A stretch of 64,000 nucleotides of DNA, from NCBI GenBank assembly GCA_965203275.1, contig OZ241865.1, positions 2,336,001 through 2,400,000 of the forward strand, given 5' to 3'. The notes under the pieces are model-generated. The model ran no database searches. It was not told the DNA's origin and was given only the letters and a program-made list of their open reading frames with translations. Positions 20,722 to 32,579 of the stretch are shown piece after piece. Positions within the stretch are counted from its first letter, which is position 1. Each line of letters starts with the position of its first letter. The position numbers and the translations under genes were made by a program. Source of the stretch: Bdellovibrionales bacterium (GTDB lineage: Bacteria > Bdellovibrionota > Bdellovibrionia > Bdellovibrionales > JAUICD01).

Positions 20722-23289
20722 CTATTGTAAAACATGACCTGTGTATTGAGCTTTTAAACCCTTTACAGCAGAGGAAGAAGTAGACTTAAACAATGTACTT
20801 GGCTTTTTAATAAATAAAGCATTAACTAGAACCTGATCAACATGATCTACTAAAACAATTTTTAGTTCTTTCATCACTTCCTTTGGAATATCTTTTAAAT
20901 CTTTTTCATTTTCCTTTGGGCAAATGACATCGGTGATCTCTCCTCTGTGAGCTGCTAAAACTTTCTCTTTTAACCCACCAATAGGCAATACACGACCTCT
21001 TAAAGTGATTTCCCCTGTCATAGCTACCACCTTTCTCACAGGAATTTTTGTAATAGCAGAAACCATGCTCGTCACAATAGCCACACCCGCAGAAGGACCA
21101 TCTTTCGGAATAGCCCCTTCAGGTACATGAACATGTACGTCTATGTCTTGATAAAAATCTTTTTCAAACCCAAATAAGGACCCTCGAGACCTCACATAAC
21201 TCATAGCTGCACTGCAAGATTCCTTCATAATATCCCCTAACTGTCCAGTGATCGTCAAATTACCTTTGCCAGGGACAATACTAACTTCAACCACTAAAAG
21301 ATCGCCACCTACCTCTGTCCAAGCCATTCCATTTGTTAGTCCAATTTCATTCTGCTCCTCTGCCCTTGTATGCTTGAATTTTTGAGGTCCTAGAAATTCT
21401 TTCATTTTCTTAGGCGTTACAATATATGATTTTATTTGCTTCTTAGATTCTATATTTTTTGCATCTTCTTTTTGTTGAGGTTTCTGTACATTTTTGTCAG
21501 ATGTCTCTGAAACAGCCATAGATTTTTCTTTATCCGCTAAGAATTCCCTTGCTAACTTTCTGCATATTGTACCAATCTGACGCTCTAAGTTTCTCACCCC
21601 TGCCTCCCTTGTATAATCTCGAATCACTAACTTCAAGGTAGGATCTGCAATTTTCATTTTAAGATTCTTTAATCCATGAGCCTTCATCTGTTTAGGTATC
21701 AAATATTGTCTAGCAATATAAAACTTCTCTGTTTCTGTATAACCTTCTAAATGAATGATCTCCATTCGATCCATCAAAGGACGAGGAATAGTGTGCAAAG
21801 AGTTTGCTGTTGTAATGAACATAATTTTAGATAAATCATATTCAACCTCTAAATAATGATCTTGAAAAGTGGTATTTTGTTCGGGATCTAACACCTCTAA
21901 TAATGCAGAAGAAGGATCACCTCGAAAATCTGTACTCATCTTATCTATTTCATCTAATAAAAAGAGAGGATTGCTCGTGCCTGCCTTCTTTAAAGCTTGA
22001 ATCATTTTACCTGGCATAGCTCCTACATACGTTCTACGATGTCCGCGAATTTCTGCTTCATCTCTCACTCCACCTAATGAAATTCTCACAAACTTTCGAG
22101 CTAACGCCTTCGCAATAGAAGCCCCTAAACTGGTCTTACCTACACCCGGAGGTCCTACAAAACAAAGAATAGGCCCCTTGCACTCTCCAGTCAAAGCCTG
22201 TACAGCTAAATGTTCTACAATACGCTCTTTGACTTTCTCTAAAGCATAGTGATCTTCTTCTAAAACCTTTTGAGCATTGCTAAGATTGTTTTGAGACTTA
22301 GAATATTCATACCAAGGGAGAGTCAATATCCAATCTATGTAATGTCGTACCACAGCAGCTTCTGCACTTGTCGGGGTCATCATTTTGAGTTTGCGAATTT
22401 CTTTTCTTACTTTTGTAGAAGCCTCCTTACTCATCTTTTTTTGACTTAAAAGCTTTTCTAATTCTACAATTTCATCTTGAAAATCATCTTTTTCTCCTAA
22501 CTCCTTTTGAATTGCCTGCATTTGTTCATTGAGATAATATTCTTTTTGAGATCTCTCCATTTGCTTGCGAACTCGTGTGCGAATCTTTTTTTCTACTTCT
22601 AGTATTTCAATCTCACCAACCACCATATTTAAAAGCTTTTCTAATCGTCGACCGGGATCAAAAATTTCTAGTATTTTTTGCTTATCCTCAATCTTAAGGT
22701 TTAACTGAGCTGCAATAATATCAGCAAGTTCCCCTGCATGGTCTATGGTAGAAAGCCTCATTAAAATTTCTGGTGGAATACCTTTGTTTAAACGCACATA
22801 ATTTTCAAAAGTAGACTTTACAGATCTCACTAGAGCTTGAGTCTCTAAAGGAGCTTCATCTTCCTCTTCCATTTCCTCTGAACATACAATAAAGTATTCA
22901 TCAGTTTGAACATATTCCTTAATTTTCGTTCGAGATTTACCTTCAATTAAAACTTTTACAGTGCCATCTGGAAGACGCAAAAGCTGAATAATACTTCCCC
23001 TGGTACCTACTTGATAAATCTCATCAGGTTCAGGTTTATTGATTTTTGCATCCTTCTGGGCAGCTAAGATAATATTGACTCGATTATTCATGGCATGCTC
23101 AAGAGCGTTGATGCTTTTATCTCTACCTACAAAAAGTGGAATCATCATGTGTGGAAACACAATTAAGTCACGTAATGGCAATAAAGGAAGTCGCTGAGAA
23201 TCTTCATTTTGAACAGAAGGAACTGAACTTGATGCATCATCTGATAATGGGTTAGAAGATGGATTGTCTTTCTCTTCTTTATCTCCCAT
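20722..23289 (-). CDS. lon: Lon protease
   Basis: [25 protein letters not shown] catalytic Ser. Confidence 0.97.
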   Translation of the reverse strand: MGDKEEKDNPSSNPLSDDASSSVPSVQNEDSQRLPLLPLRDLIVFPHMMIPLFVGRDKSINALEHAMNNRVNIILAAQKDAKINKPEPDEIYQVGTRGSIIQLLRLPDGTVKVLIEGKSRTKIKEYVQTDEYFIVCSEEMEEEDEAPLETQALVRSVKSTFENYVRLNKGIPPEILMRLSTIDHAGELADIIAAQLNLKIEDKQKILEIFDPGRRLEKLLNMVVGEIEILEVEKKIRTRVRKQMERSQKEYYLNEQMQAIQKELGEKDDFQDEIVELEKLLSQKKMSKEASTKVRKEIRKLKMMTPTSAEAAVVRHYIDWILTLPWYEYSKSQNNLSNAQKVLEEDHYALEKVKERIVEHLAVQALTGECKGPILCFVGPPGVGKTSLGASIAKALARKFVRISLGGVRDEAEIRGHRRTYVGAMPGKMIQALKKAGTSNPLFLLDEIDKMSTDFRGDPSSALLEVLDPEQNTTFQDHYLEVEYDLSKIMFITTANSLHTIPRPLMDRMEIIHLEGYTETEKFYIARQYLIPKQMKAHGLKNLKMKIADPTLKLVIRDYTREAGVRNLERQIGTICRKLAREFLADKEKSMAVSETSDKNVQKPQQKEDAKNIESKKQIKSYIVTPKKMKEFLGPQKFKHTRAEEQNEIGLTNGMAWTEVGGDLLVVEVSIVPGKGNLTITGQLGDIMKESCSAAMSYVRSRGSLFGFEKDFYQDIDVHVHVPEGAIPKDGPSAGVAIVTSMVSAITKIPVRKVVAMTGEITLRGRVLPIGGLKEKVLAAHRGEITDVICPKENEKDLKDIPKEVMKELKIVLVDHVDQVLVNALFIKKPSTLFKSTSSSAVKGLKAQYTGHVLQ

Positions 23290-23316
23290 ACTATATCCCC
23301 CCTTTTATTAAATAAA

Positions 23317-24612
23317 TTAAGCTGACTCCTCTTTAATACTTTCAATATCTTCATCTTCTTTTTCAGTTTCAGTAGCTTTGATAATCATTTTAGGTTTTTT
23401 ACGCGTAGTGATCACATCCTTGCTAATAATCACCTTTTTAATATTAGGTTGTGAAGGCATTTCATACATGACGTCTAACATAGCTTCTTCCATAACACTT
23501 CTTAGGCCTCTTGCCTCTACCTTACGTTTTGTAGCTTCTTTAGCAATAGCCTTAATAGCACCGTCTGTAAAATCTAAATCTACTTGCTCAAAGCTAAAAA
23601 GCTTTTTAAATTGTTTAGTGAGGGCATTTTTAGGTTTAACTAAAATATCAATAAGAGCCTTCTCACTTAAAGGAGAAAGTGTGGCTACAACAGGTAGACG
23701 GCCTATGAACTCTGGGATTAAACCAAAGTGGGTTAGGTCATCTGATTGAACTTTTGCAAGTAGCTTGTCTGTTTCTTCTTCAGATCTTTTTTCACTCCTC
23801 ACATCAGCTGCTAACCCCATTGTTTTATTTGTTGTACGTCTTTCAATAATTTTATCTAGTCCAACAAAGGCTCCACCACAAATGAATAAAATGTTTGTTG
23901 TATCTAATTGGATAAAATCTTGTTGGGGATGCTTTCGACCTCCTTTAGGAGGTAGGTTGGCAATTGTCCCTTCTAAAATTTTTAGAAGAGCTTGTTGTAC
24001 GCCCTCTCCACTCACATCTCTTGTGATCGAAGGATTTTCAGATTTACGAGTTATTTTATCTATTTCGTCAATGTAGATCACGCCGTGCTGAGCTCTATCT
24101 ACATTATAATCAGCAGCTTGCAAAAGATTCAATACAATATTTTCCACATCTTCGCCTACATAACCTGCTTCTGTGAGAGTTGTAGCATCGGCCATAGCAA
24201 AAGGCACTTTTAAAAATCTAGCAATAGTTTGAGCAAGTAAAGTTTTGCCAGAACCTGTTGGGCCAATTAAAAGGATATTGCTTTTAGAAAGCTCAATGTC
24301 GTCGTTTCTTCTAATTTTTTTGTTGACGGCATTGATTCTTTTGTAATGATTATGCACAGCGACAGAAAGCACTTTCTTTGCTTTTTCTTGACCAATCACA
24401 TAATCATCTAAAAATCTTTTAATTTCTATAGGCTTAGGGATAGAAGAGGAAATATCAGATTCTTTTTCCTTTTCTTCTGCAATGATCTCATTGCAAAGCT
24501 CAATACACTCATCGCATATATAGACACCTGCTCCTGCAATGAGCTTTTTCACATCTTTTTGTGTTTTATCACAAAAACTACAAGCTAGTTTATAATTTGC
24601 ATTATTTGCCAT
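23317..24612 (-). CDS. clpX: ATP-dependent Clp protease ATP-binding subunit
   Basis: CSFC zinc finger, [18 protein letters not shown]. Confidence 0.97.
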   Translation of the reverse strand: MANNANYKLACSFCDKTQKDVKKLIAGAGVYICDECIELCNEIIAEEKEKESDISSSIPKPIEIKRFLDDYVIGQEKAKKVLSVAVHNHYKRINAVNKKIRRNDDIELSKSNILLIGPTGSGKTLLAQTIARFLKVPFAMADATTLTEAGYVGEDVENIVLNLLQAADYNVDRAQHGVIYIDEIDKITRKSENPSITRDVSGEGVQQALLKILEGTIANLPPKGGRKHPQQDFIQLDTTNILFICGGAFVGLDKIIERRTTNKTMGLAADVRSEKRSEEETDKLLAKVQSDDLTHFGLIPEFIGRLPVVATLSPLSEKALIDILVKPKNALTKQFKKLFSFEQVDLDFTDGAIKAIAKEATKRKVEARGLRSVMEEAMLDVMYEMPSQPNIKKVIISKDVITTRKKPKMIIKATETEKEDEDIESIKEESA

Positions 24613-24614
24613 TT

Positions 24615-25223
24615 TCAATTCCCTTTTTTCTTACGGTTTTGAATTACTGAATCAATAAGCCCAAAGCCTTTAGCCTGCTCTGGTGATAGAAAAAAATCTC
24701 TATCCATGCATTTTTCTAGTTCCTTAAAATTTTTACCTGTATGCTTAACATAAATTTGAGTCAAAGCTTTTTTGGTTTCAATTAATTCTTTTGTATGAAT
24801 TTCTATATCACTTGCTTGACCTGAAAGTCCAGAACCACCAATTAAAGGCTGATGGAGCATAATTTTAGAATGAGGCAAGGCATAACGTTTACCTTGAGTC
24901 CCTGCTGCTAAAAGTAACGACCCCATACTTGCTGAAAGTCCAATGCAATAAGTCGCAATATCACATTTAACAAACTGCATAATATCATAAATAGCTAATC
25001 CATCAGACACACTCCCTCCTGGAGAGTTGATGTACATCTGTACGTCTTTTTCAGGACTTTCCATTTCTAAGAAAAGTATCTGTGCAATCACTAAATTGGC
25101 TACATGATGATCAATAGCTGTACCAATAAATACAATGCGATCTTTTAATAACCTTGAATAAATATCATAACTACGCTCTCCCTTAGAAGTCTGCTCTATC
25201 ACAAAAGGTACTAATGTCGTCAA
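24615..25223 (-). CDS. clpP: Clp protease proteolytic subunit
   Basis: [33 protein letters not shown]. Confidence 0.97.
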   Translation of the reverse strand: MTTLVPFVIEQTSKGERSYDIYSRLLKDRIVFIGTAIDHHVANLVIAQILFLEMESPEKDVQMYINSPGGSVSDGLAIYDIMQFVKCDIATYCIGLSASMGSLLLAAGTQGKRYALPHSKIMLHQPLIGGSGLSGQASDIEIHTKELIETKKALTQIYVKHTGKNFKELEKCMDRDFFLSPEQAKGFGLIDSVIQNRKKKGN

Positions 25224-25571
25224 AATAAACCTCCTTGTCTTAGTATATTTTCATTACAATTTCTGTCTTTATAAGTTGATATATCTTTATAATTAAAATT
25301 CTCTTTGCCTGTTGCCTGTATTATGAGTTTTTACTTAACCTTGATATTTTAATATAAATAAACACAACAATCAAGCAATCAAGATAAAAAAAATATCTTT
25401 GTATTCTTATCGGTCTTTATTTAAGAATTCATAATTTTGATTTGGACTTGTTTTTAAGTATTTTTACATAATTTGTGAAAATTCTATATAAAAGTATCTC
25501 ATTTTGAGACATTCTATTTTATTTTCGCTAAAAAGCCATAGACTTTTTATTTGATCAGTGGTAATTAATAG

Positions 25572-26465
25572 GTGATGAATATTCAAAAAGCACTCATTCC
25601 TGTTGCAGGCTTTGGTACTCGTATGCTACCTGCCACAAAGTCTATCCCTAAAGAAATGCTTCCTATAGCTGGTAGACCGGCTATATCTTATATTATAGAG
25701 GAGATCATCGATGCGGGCATCACAACAGTGATCTTAGTGCAAGGACGAGGGAAAACAGCAATAGAAGACTTTTTTGATATATCTTTTGAGCTTGAAACTC
25801 ACCTTAAGTCAAAGAACAATACACAAATTCTTCAATCCGCAGAAAAACTTCAAGAACAAATCAATGTTTTTTCTGTCCGGCAAAAAAAGCCCCTTGGATT
25901 AGGTCATGCCATTTTTTGTGGAGAACCTCTCTTAAAGAATGAACCTTTTGTTGTCCTACTACCTGATGAGATTATTTTAGGAAAGGGCAATCAAAATCCC
26001 ACAAAAATTTTAATAGATCATTTTAAATGTGTTAGAAAGTCTTTAGTTGGTCTTATGTCTGTACCTAAAGATGATGTGGAAAAATATGGCATAGCCTCTT
26101 TAGAGGATCAGAAACCTTCAGAATCTTCGAACTTATATAAAGTGAGGTCTATTGTAGAAAAACCTAAAAAAGAGCATGCACCTAGCACTCTTTCTTGTTG
26201 TGGACGTTATATTTTTGAGCCTTCTTCTCTTTTTAAATATTTTTCAGATAACACATTTGAGGGTCAGGAAGAAATAGGCTTAACCAATGCTATGAATCAA
26301 CTTGCTAAAAAAGATGCACTTATAGGAGCAGAATTTTTAACACAAAAAAGATACGACATAGGACATCCTTGGGGTTGGCTACATGCTAATATAGAACTCG
26401 CTTTTAATCAACCAGAACTAGTCGGTCCTCTTAAAAAGTATCTTTCTACTTTGACATTAAAATAA
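25572..26465 (+). CDS. galU: UTP--glucose-1-phosphate uridylyltransferase
   Basis: PVAGFGTRMLPATKSIPKEMLP, RQKKPLGLGHA, VEKP. Confidence 0.93.
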   Translation: MMNIQKALIPVAGFGTRMLPATKSIPKEMLPIAGRPAISYIIEEIIDAGITTVILVQGRGKTAIEDFFDISFELETHLKSKNNTQILQSAEKLQEQINVFSVRQKKPLGLGHAIFCGEPLLKNEPFVVLLPDEIILGKGNQNPTKILIDHFKCVRKSLVGLMSVPKDDVEKYGIASLEDQKPSESSNLYKVRSIVEKPKKEHAPSTLSCCGRYIFEPSSLFKYFSDNTFEGQEEIGLTNAMNQLAKKDALIGAEFLTQKRYDIGHPWGWLHANIELAFNQPELVGPLKKYLSTLTLK

Positions 26466-26497
26466 TAAAAAATTATTGAGCATAAATCTAAGAAGGT

Positions 26498-27853
26498 CTA
26501 CTGACTTTTTAAAATATTATATCGTTTATACACAATGTCTAAATATCTTTCTTTTAATTTTGTTGACAAAAGGGAATGCTTCACAAAATCTTCAGTGACT
26601 GTCCACCAATGTTGCAAATCCTCAAATGGTTTCTGTATTGCCCTTTCTGACAATCTAATTTTTTGACCAAACTTTTTAAAATAACTGCCTTGTAAGTTTT
26701 TATTTTTTCCTAATATTGTTAAAGCAATATCAACAGATTCATTTGGAATAGCAACTCTTGTGTTTAATAAATCATAACAAGGTGCTAGCTGATATTTGCC
26801 AGGATCTCTATAAGATTCTATTAATGACCAATTTTTTAAATGCATATCTGCATTGGCAATAAAATAACAAAATACAAGCCTTCTATAAAATATTTCTAAG
26901 TCTATTTGAGGAGCTGAGGAAAATAAAACTAAAGCTTTTGCTACTTTTTCACAGCTGCCTGTATATTTATCTGAGCTGTTCATTTTAAGGATTTGTCCCA
27001 TATCCTCCATCATAAGTGGTTGACTGTTGTGTTGATCAAACCGCTTAATAACAAAAATAAGCCCTAAAGGATCAATATTCAGTATTGAAAAACTAGGTAC
27101 TTCAAATCCAACTTTCTTTGCTATAGCCATTGTGACATGTTCATTAGCAGGAAGTTCTGGATAGTTACCAGAAGGTTTTAAAATGTACTTTGCGTTGATA
27201 GCGGTTGGAGTTAGAATACTTTTGTTAGTAAGGCGAAAGACACCTTTTCTTTGAGCTCCAGAAATAGACCCGCCATAAATAACTCTAGCAAAAGCAGTCT
27301 CCGGTGATTGAGAATCTAACTCTATAGAAATATTTCGAGTTGTTCCCCATAAAGTCTTTACGCATTTTAAGTGTATGGTCTGAGGAGCTATCGTATTGAA
27401 ACAGGATGGACATCTTTTTAATTGAGAAAGTGTCTTATGAGGGTAGTTTTTTAAATTTTGCTCTCCTAAAAATTCTTCAAAAATATTAAGCTGAATTTCT
27501 TGGTTATTTGAATAATCAAGTGGCTGTAGGCAAACAGCACCTAAAGGACATTGACCAGTTGCCATAAGCATTGCAAACCGATTAATTTTGCTAATATGCA
27601 GTACTTTTTCTGCATGCCCAAGAAGCCAGCCCTCTAATATGAGATTATCAAAAAAAGGATGTAGTTGCTTAGAGATGTAAGGCTCTTTCCTTATAGGAAA
27701 GGAGGTAGCTATTGGTAATGCATTGGAATTGATGTAATTTTTATGATAGACAAAACTGTACTCTCCTTGTTTGAGATCTTGTTTTAAAGTACCTGCAAGT
27801 TGATCTTTCAAATAAACATGTGCTCTGTTGATTTTTGCAAAGTCTATACTCAT
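26498..27853 (-). CDS. HipA-family Ser/Thr kinase toxin (HipS-like N-domain plus HipT-like kinase)
   Basis: LHPFFDNLILEGW, SISGAQRK, NEHVTM, KRFD, NADMHLKNWS, LAPCYDL. Confidence 0.9.
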   Translation of the reverse strand: MSIDFAKINRAHVYLKDQLAGTLKQDLKQGEYSFVYHKNYINSNALPIATSFPIRKEPYISKQLHPFFDNLILEGWLLGHAEKVLHISKINRFAMLMATGQCPLGAVCLQPLDYSNNQEIQLNIFEEFLGEQNLKNYPHKTLSQLKRCPSCFNTIAPQTIHLKCVKTLWGTTRNISIELDSQSPETAFARVIYGGSISGAQRKGVFRLTNKSILTPTAINAKYILKPSGNYPELPANEHVTMAIAKKVGFEVPSFSILNIDPLGLIFVIKRFDQHNSQPLMMEDMGQILKMNSSDKYTGSCEKVAKALVLFSSAPQIDLEIFYRRLVFCYFIANADMHLKNWSLIESYRDPGKYQLAPCYDLLNTRVAIPNESVDIALTILGKNKNLQGSYFKKFGQKIRLSERAIQKPFEDLQHWWTVTEDFVKHSLLSTKLKERYLDIVYKRYNILKSQ

Positions 27854-27857
27854 TATT

Positions 27858-28067
27858 CTATCCTATTTTTTTGTTTTGCATTGAAACAATCCCTGTACGA
27901 TAGCCAAAAACATTTAGGATTTTATTTAATGTGACCAGTCTGAGATTTTGATCTCCTTTCTCAATACGATTAATTAATGTGCGACTCACTTGGGCATAAT
28001 TGGCTAACTGCCTCTGAGTGATTCTTCTTGCCTCTCGTTTTTTTTTCACGAAAACTCCTATTTTCAT
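27858..28067 (-). CDS. HipB-like Xre/HTH antitoxin
   Basis: ITQRQLANYAQVSRTLINRIEKG HTH directly upstream of the HipA-family gene; SD favours ATG 28067. Confidence 0.88.
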   Translation of the reverse strand: MKIGVFVKKKREARRITQRQLANYAQVSRTLINRIEKGDQNLRLVTLNKILNVFGYRTGIVSMQNKKIG

Positions 28068-28181
28068 AAGAACCATCCTTTTTTGTTTGTTTTATTTATT
28101 CGTATCCTGTCTTTAAATGTCTTAAAGAAATATAAAAATATTTTTGCTTGTTTATTTTTATTTTATCTTTGATTTGAAAAT

Positions 28182-28386
28182 ATTTCTATCATTTTGTTCG
28201 TATTTTGTCCTTAAAAGAGGACATTTCTATCGTTTTGTTCGCATTTTGTCCTTAAAAAAGGACATTTCTATCATTTTGTTCGCATTTTGTCCTTAAAAAA
28301 GGACTTTTTTATCATTTTGTTCGTATTTTGTCCTTAAAAAAGGACACTTTTATCATTTTATTCGTATTTTGTCCTTAAAAAAGGAC
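28182..28386. promoter_or_regulatory. 5 x 41-bp tandem repeat, each with a TGTCC-N8-GGAC(A/T) palindrome (HipB-operator-like)
   Basis: Units start at 28182, 28223, 28264, 28305, 28346. Confidence 0.8.
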
Positions 28387-28878
28387 TTTTCTCTATAAAA
28401 AAGAACATTTCTCTATAAAAACATTGTTTCAGGTGTAAAGTTTAAAGAGGAAGTATTTATTTCAAAATCTTTTGTTACAAAAGATGCCTTAAATATAGTT
28501 GTTTAATTATTTGATGCTAAATACAAAAAACAAGAAATAACTCATTATATAAAAATAAAAAGAACAATGGTGACACGCTGCTCCAAAAACAGGTGAAAGA
28601 TGAGATAAGATTAAAAACTCTCAATATTATATATAATTTAAGATATATTCTCTGGTGTATATTAGGGTGTTATTTATAAGAAATTTTAAATTTGAAGTAT
28701 ATGAACTATGTATTTGTATAAAAATAGGTTACAATGCACTTTAAAAATTTAATAAATCAGGATTTATTAAATCAGGATGAAGGTACGGAGGTTGTGTAAG
28801 CTGAGCTTAAGCATTTTACATGACCTTTAAATAAAGAAGTTAAACAAATAACATTACAAAGATTCCAGGAGGTACATT

Positions 28879-29895
28879 ATGATTAAAAAACGTTTCACAA
28901 TATTATCTTTATTTTTTGTTCTTACTTTTGGTATTTATAGTTTAACTGCTTATAGTCAAGGTAAAAAAGCAGTAAAAACACAGTTTATTACAATTGGAAC
29001 AGGTGGAATCACAGGAGTTTACTATCCGACAGGTGGAGCCATCTCTAAAATCATTAATAAAAACAGATCTAAACATGGAGTGCGAGCCAGTGTGGAATCC
29101 ACTGCTGGATCTGTCTTTAATATTAATGCAGTTGTTGCTAATGACTTAGAGTTTGGTATTGTGCAGTCTGATAGGCAATATCAAGCAGTGAAAGGATTAG
29201 CAGAATGGAAAAGGCTAGGCCCACAAAAGAATATTCGATCTGTTTTTAGTTTGTATACGGAGGTTGTAACCATTGTAGCTGCTGTGGACAGTAAAATTCG
29301 TAATATAAAAGACTTTAAAGGGAAAAGAATTAATATTGGCAATTTTGGTTCAGGGCAACGTCAAAATGCTCTAGACATTGTAAAAACATCTGGCTTAAAT
29401 TGGGATAAAGATTTTAGGGCTGAGAGTCTTAAGTCCGCTGAAGCTCCTAAAATGTTGCAAGACAATCGCATAGATGCTTTTTTCTTTACAGTAGGACATC
29501 CTAGTGGAACAATTACAGAAGCTACTTCAGGTCGCCGTAAAGTGCGTTTTATTCCTGCTGTAGGTATGGATAAGCTTTTGAAGAAAAATCCATATTATGG
29601 TCGAGCGACTATTCCTCATGATCTTTATCCAATGGCTCAAAATAAAAGAGATGTTCCTTCTATTGGTGTGGCAGCTCTTCTTATAACATCTTCAGATGTT
29701 TCAGAAGATGTTGTTTACAATCTTACAAAAGAAATTTTTAACAACTTAGATGATTTTAAAAAAAGCCATCCAGCACTATCTGCTTTCACGCGAGAGAATA
29801 TGTTTTTAGGTTTGTCTGCTCCACTGCATCCCGGTGCATTAAAGTATTACAAAGAAGCTAAACTTGATCAGGGTATTCCTAAAAGACTTTTATAA
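28879..29895 (+). CDS. TAXI-family TRAP transporter solute-binding protein
   Basis: TIGTGGITGVYYPTGG, STAGSVFN, PLHPGALKYYKE. Confidence 0.92.
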   Translation: MIKKRFTILSLFFVLTFGIYSLTAYSQGKKAVKTQFITIGTGGITGVYYPTGGAISKIINKNRSKHGVRASVESTAGSVFNINAVVANDLEFGIVQSDRQYQAVKGLAEWKRLGPQKNIRSVFSLYTEVVTIVAAVDSKIRNIKDFKGKRINIGNFGSGQRQNALDIVKTSGLNWDKDFRAESLKSAEAPKMLQDNRIDAFFFTVGHPSGTITEATSGRRKVRFIPAVGMDKLLKKNPYYGRATIPHDLYPMAQNKRDVPSIGVAALLITSSDVSEDVVYNLTKEIFNNLDDFKKSHPALSAFTRENMFLGLSAPLHPGALKYYKEAKLDQGIPKRLL

Positions 29896-30491
29896 TGTTT
29901 TTTGACTTTCATGCTCTAACCATTGTAGTTTTGTTAATGAAATAAAATTAATGAAACATCAATGGTTATAGTAGCTTTGCCTATGAAGTTATTTGCATTA
30001 AAATCAATGTCAAAAATGCAAACATCACTATATTTTAGGGTCTTATCTATTGATCAAGATTCTTTGAATTGAAGTAGAAAATCATTAAAATATTGTGATA
30101 GAAAATAATTATCAGGTATACTAACTGATCATAATGATTAGACATAAAAGTAAAATGTACAAAGAAGCTAAGGTAAACGTTAAGCCTAGCAATGAGCTTC
30201 CAGTCGATCACTCACTTTAAATATAATAAATTTTTAGGTGTAGCCTGTGTTGAGCTACGGATCTTTAAATACTTTTTTATTTTCAATATTCATGAGGCCA
30301 TCTCTTTTCCATTTTGACATTGGTTTTGATGGTTTTTTCTTCTTTGACTTTAAACATCTTGTTCTTGTTCTTGCAAATATAAAAATTATATGCAAATGAT
30401 AATATCAAGAGCAAATTTCATTTTAAGGATACAAATAAATAGTCATTTCTATATAATTTTGTTTTACTTAGAGTAATGTTTAACAACAAAG

Positions 30492-32558
30492 ATGGGTGGT
30501 CACTTGGCTAGTAATGTAATAAACTCAAGCAATGTAACACATTCAAAAGACACTTTGTCTTTTAAGCTTGGAAACTCTATAAACAAGTTTTTGATCCCTC
30601 TTGTTGCAGGGTGTTGGTCATTATTTCAACTGGCCTTACCTCAATTTATCCTTTTAAATTCAGAATATACTCGTAGCATTCACTTAGGTTTTGCTATTTT
30701 TTTAGTTTATTTAAGCTTCCCATTTATTAAGAATACTTTTTTAGTTAAACAGCTTAAAAAGGCTCCTCGTTTTCTACAATTTTTATATACAAAACAACCT
30801 GGACTTATTCAACTTTTGTTAGCTATTGTATCATCTGCTTGTGCTTTGTATTTGGCTTATGATTATGTAGGTATTGGAGGGCGATCAGGGATTCCAAGCC
30901 AAACAGATATGATTGTAGGCACTTTATTGATTATTCTACTCTTAGAAGCAGCTAGAAGGTCATTGGGTCCGCCTTTAGCTATTATTGCTTCACTTTTTTT
31001 AGTTTATTGTTTTTTTAGCGAGTATATGCCTGATGTGCTGGCCTTTAAAAATGCTACTTTGTCAAAGGTGATCTCTAAAATTGTAATGAGTACTGAAGGT
31101 ATTTATGGTGTTCCTTTAGATGTGTCTGCTTCGACTGTGTTTTTGTTTGTTCTTTTTGGAACTATGTTAGAAAAGACAGGCGGTGGTCAATACTTTATAC
31201 AAATTGCTTTTAGCTTGTTGGGTGGATTTAGGGGAGGACCTGCTAAAGCTGCGGTATTAGCTAGTGGTTTTACAGGGATGGTTTCTGGCTCAAGTATTGC
31301 AAATACAGTCACAACAGGAACCTTTACTATTCCTCTGATGAAAAAGGTAGGATTCCCTGGGTATAAGGCTGCTGCTGTGGAAGTGGCAGCTAGCACAAAT
31401 GGTCAGCTCATGCCTCCGATTATGGGTGCTGCTGCTTTTATTATAGCTGAATATTGTAATATTTCTTATTTTGAGGTTTTAAGGGCTGCTGCTGTACCAG
31501 CTTTTGTTTCTTACATGGCTCTTATTTATATCATTGACTTGGAATCTAAAAAAATGCGACTACAACCTGTTCCTAAGGATGAACTTCCAAAGTTTTGGCC
31601 AACCTTTGTATCAGGTATGCACTTTTTTATTCCACTAGGATTTCTTATTTACCAATTAATGATTTTAAGAAGATCTGCTTCTTTATCAGCTTATTACGCC
31701 ATAGTTGCATTAATGGTTTTAATCCTTGTACGCAATTTGATTGTAGATCATCGAAATAATCAATCCATGCTTTTATCTGTTCGTCAGACTTTTGTGCAAA
31801 TATGGAATAGTTTAGTGGCAGGTGGTCGCAATATGATGAGTATTAGTGTCGCTGTAGCAGCTGCGGGTATTATTGTAGGAGTTGTGACTTTTGGATTGGG
31901 CAATGCTGTAACAGAAGTGATTGATATGATAGCAGGTGATCGATTGATGGTTATGTTATTAATTACAGCTATGGTTAGTTTGTTATTAGGATTAGGATTA
32001 CCAACCACAGCTAATTATATAGTGATGGCTTCCTTGACGGCTCCTGCTGTGGTTGCTCTTTCTGGTAATTTAGGATTGGTTGTGCCTTTGATTGCAGCTC
32101 ATTTATTTTGTTTTTACTTTGGTATTTTAGCAGATGACACACCTCCAGTAGGTTTGGCAGCCTACGCTGCTGCTGCTATTGCTAAAGAAGACCCTATTAA
32201 AGTAGGTGTGCAGAGCTTTAAGTATGATATGCGGACAGCTATTTTGCCTTTTATGTTTATATTTAATACAGAGCTTCTTTTAGTGGGTGTGGATTCTGTA
32301 TTTTATGGATTGATGGTGTTCCTTACGGCATTGATTGCTATGTGTGCTTTTGTATCTTTTACACAAGGGATGTTTTTTGTAAAGTGTCAATGGCATGAGA
32401 GGATTCTTTTATTACTTCCTACCATTATTTTATTTCGACCTGATTTGTTTCAAAGTTGGAATGGATGGGACATCAATGTGTGGCGAGCTATAGGTGTGTC
32501 TTTGTTTTTTGGGATTTATGCTCTTCAAAGAACAAGGGTTTCTTTAAAAAAAACATGA
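30492..32558 (+). CDS. TRAP transporter fused 4TM/12TM permease (TAXI type)
   Basis: GGPAKAAV, SGSSIAN, GQLMPPIMGAAAF, GLPTTANY, DDTPPVGLAA. Confidence 0.92.
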   Translation: MGGHLASNVINSSNVTHSKDTLSFKLGNSINKFLIPLVAGCWSLFQLALPQFILLNSEYTRSIHLGFAIFLVYLSFPFIKNTFLVKQLKKAPRFLQFLYTKQPGLIQLLLAIVSSACALYLAYDYVGIGGRSGIPSQTDMIVGTLLIILLLEAARRSLGPPLAIIASLFLVYCFFSEYMPDVLAFKNATLSKVISKIVMSTEGIYGVPLDVSASTVFLFVLFGTMLEKTGGGQYFIQIAFSLLGGFRGGPAKAAVLASGFTGMVSGSSIANTVTTGTFTIPLMKKVGFPGYKAAAVEVAASTNGQLMPPIMGAAAFIIAEYCNISYFEVLRAAAVPAFVSYMALIYIIDLESKKMRLQPVPKDELPKFWPTFVSGMHFFIPLGFLIYQLMILRRSASLSAYYAIVALMVLILVRNLIVDHRNNQSMLLSVRQTFVQIWNSLVAGGRNMMSISVAVAAAGIIVGVVTFGLGNAVTEVIDMIAGDRLMVMLLITAMVSLLLGLGLPTTANYIVMASLTAPAVVALSGNLGLVVPLIAAHLFCFYFGILADDTPPVGLAAYAAAAIAKEDPIKVGVQSFKYDMRTAILPFMFIFNTELLLVGVDSVFYGLMVFLTALIAMCAFVSFTQGMFFVKCQWHERILLLLPTIILFRPDLFQSWNGWDINVWRAIGVSLFFGIYALQRTRVSLKKT

Positions 32559-32579
32559 AATAATATTCGAATAAAAATT

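Noticed and set aside
28182..28386. CRISPR array
   Set aside because: Units are contiguous with no unique spacers and there are no cas genes; better explained as an operator VNTR.
29896..30491. Missing small gene or RNA between the TAXI genes
   Set aside because: No convincing ORF or structure; only a 14-bp echo (tacaaagaagctaa) of the upstream gene end.
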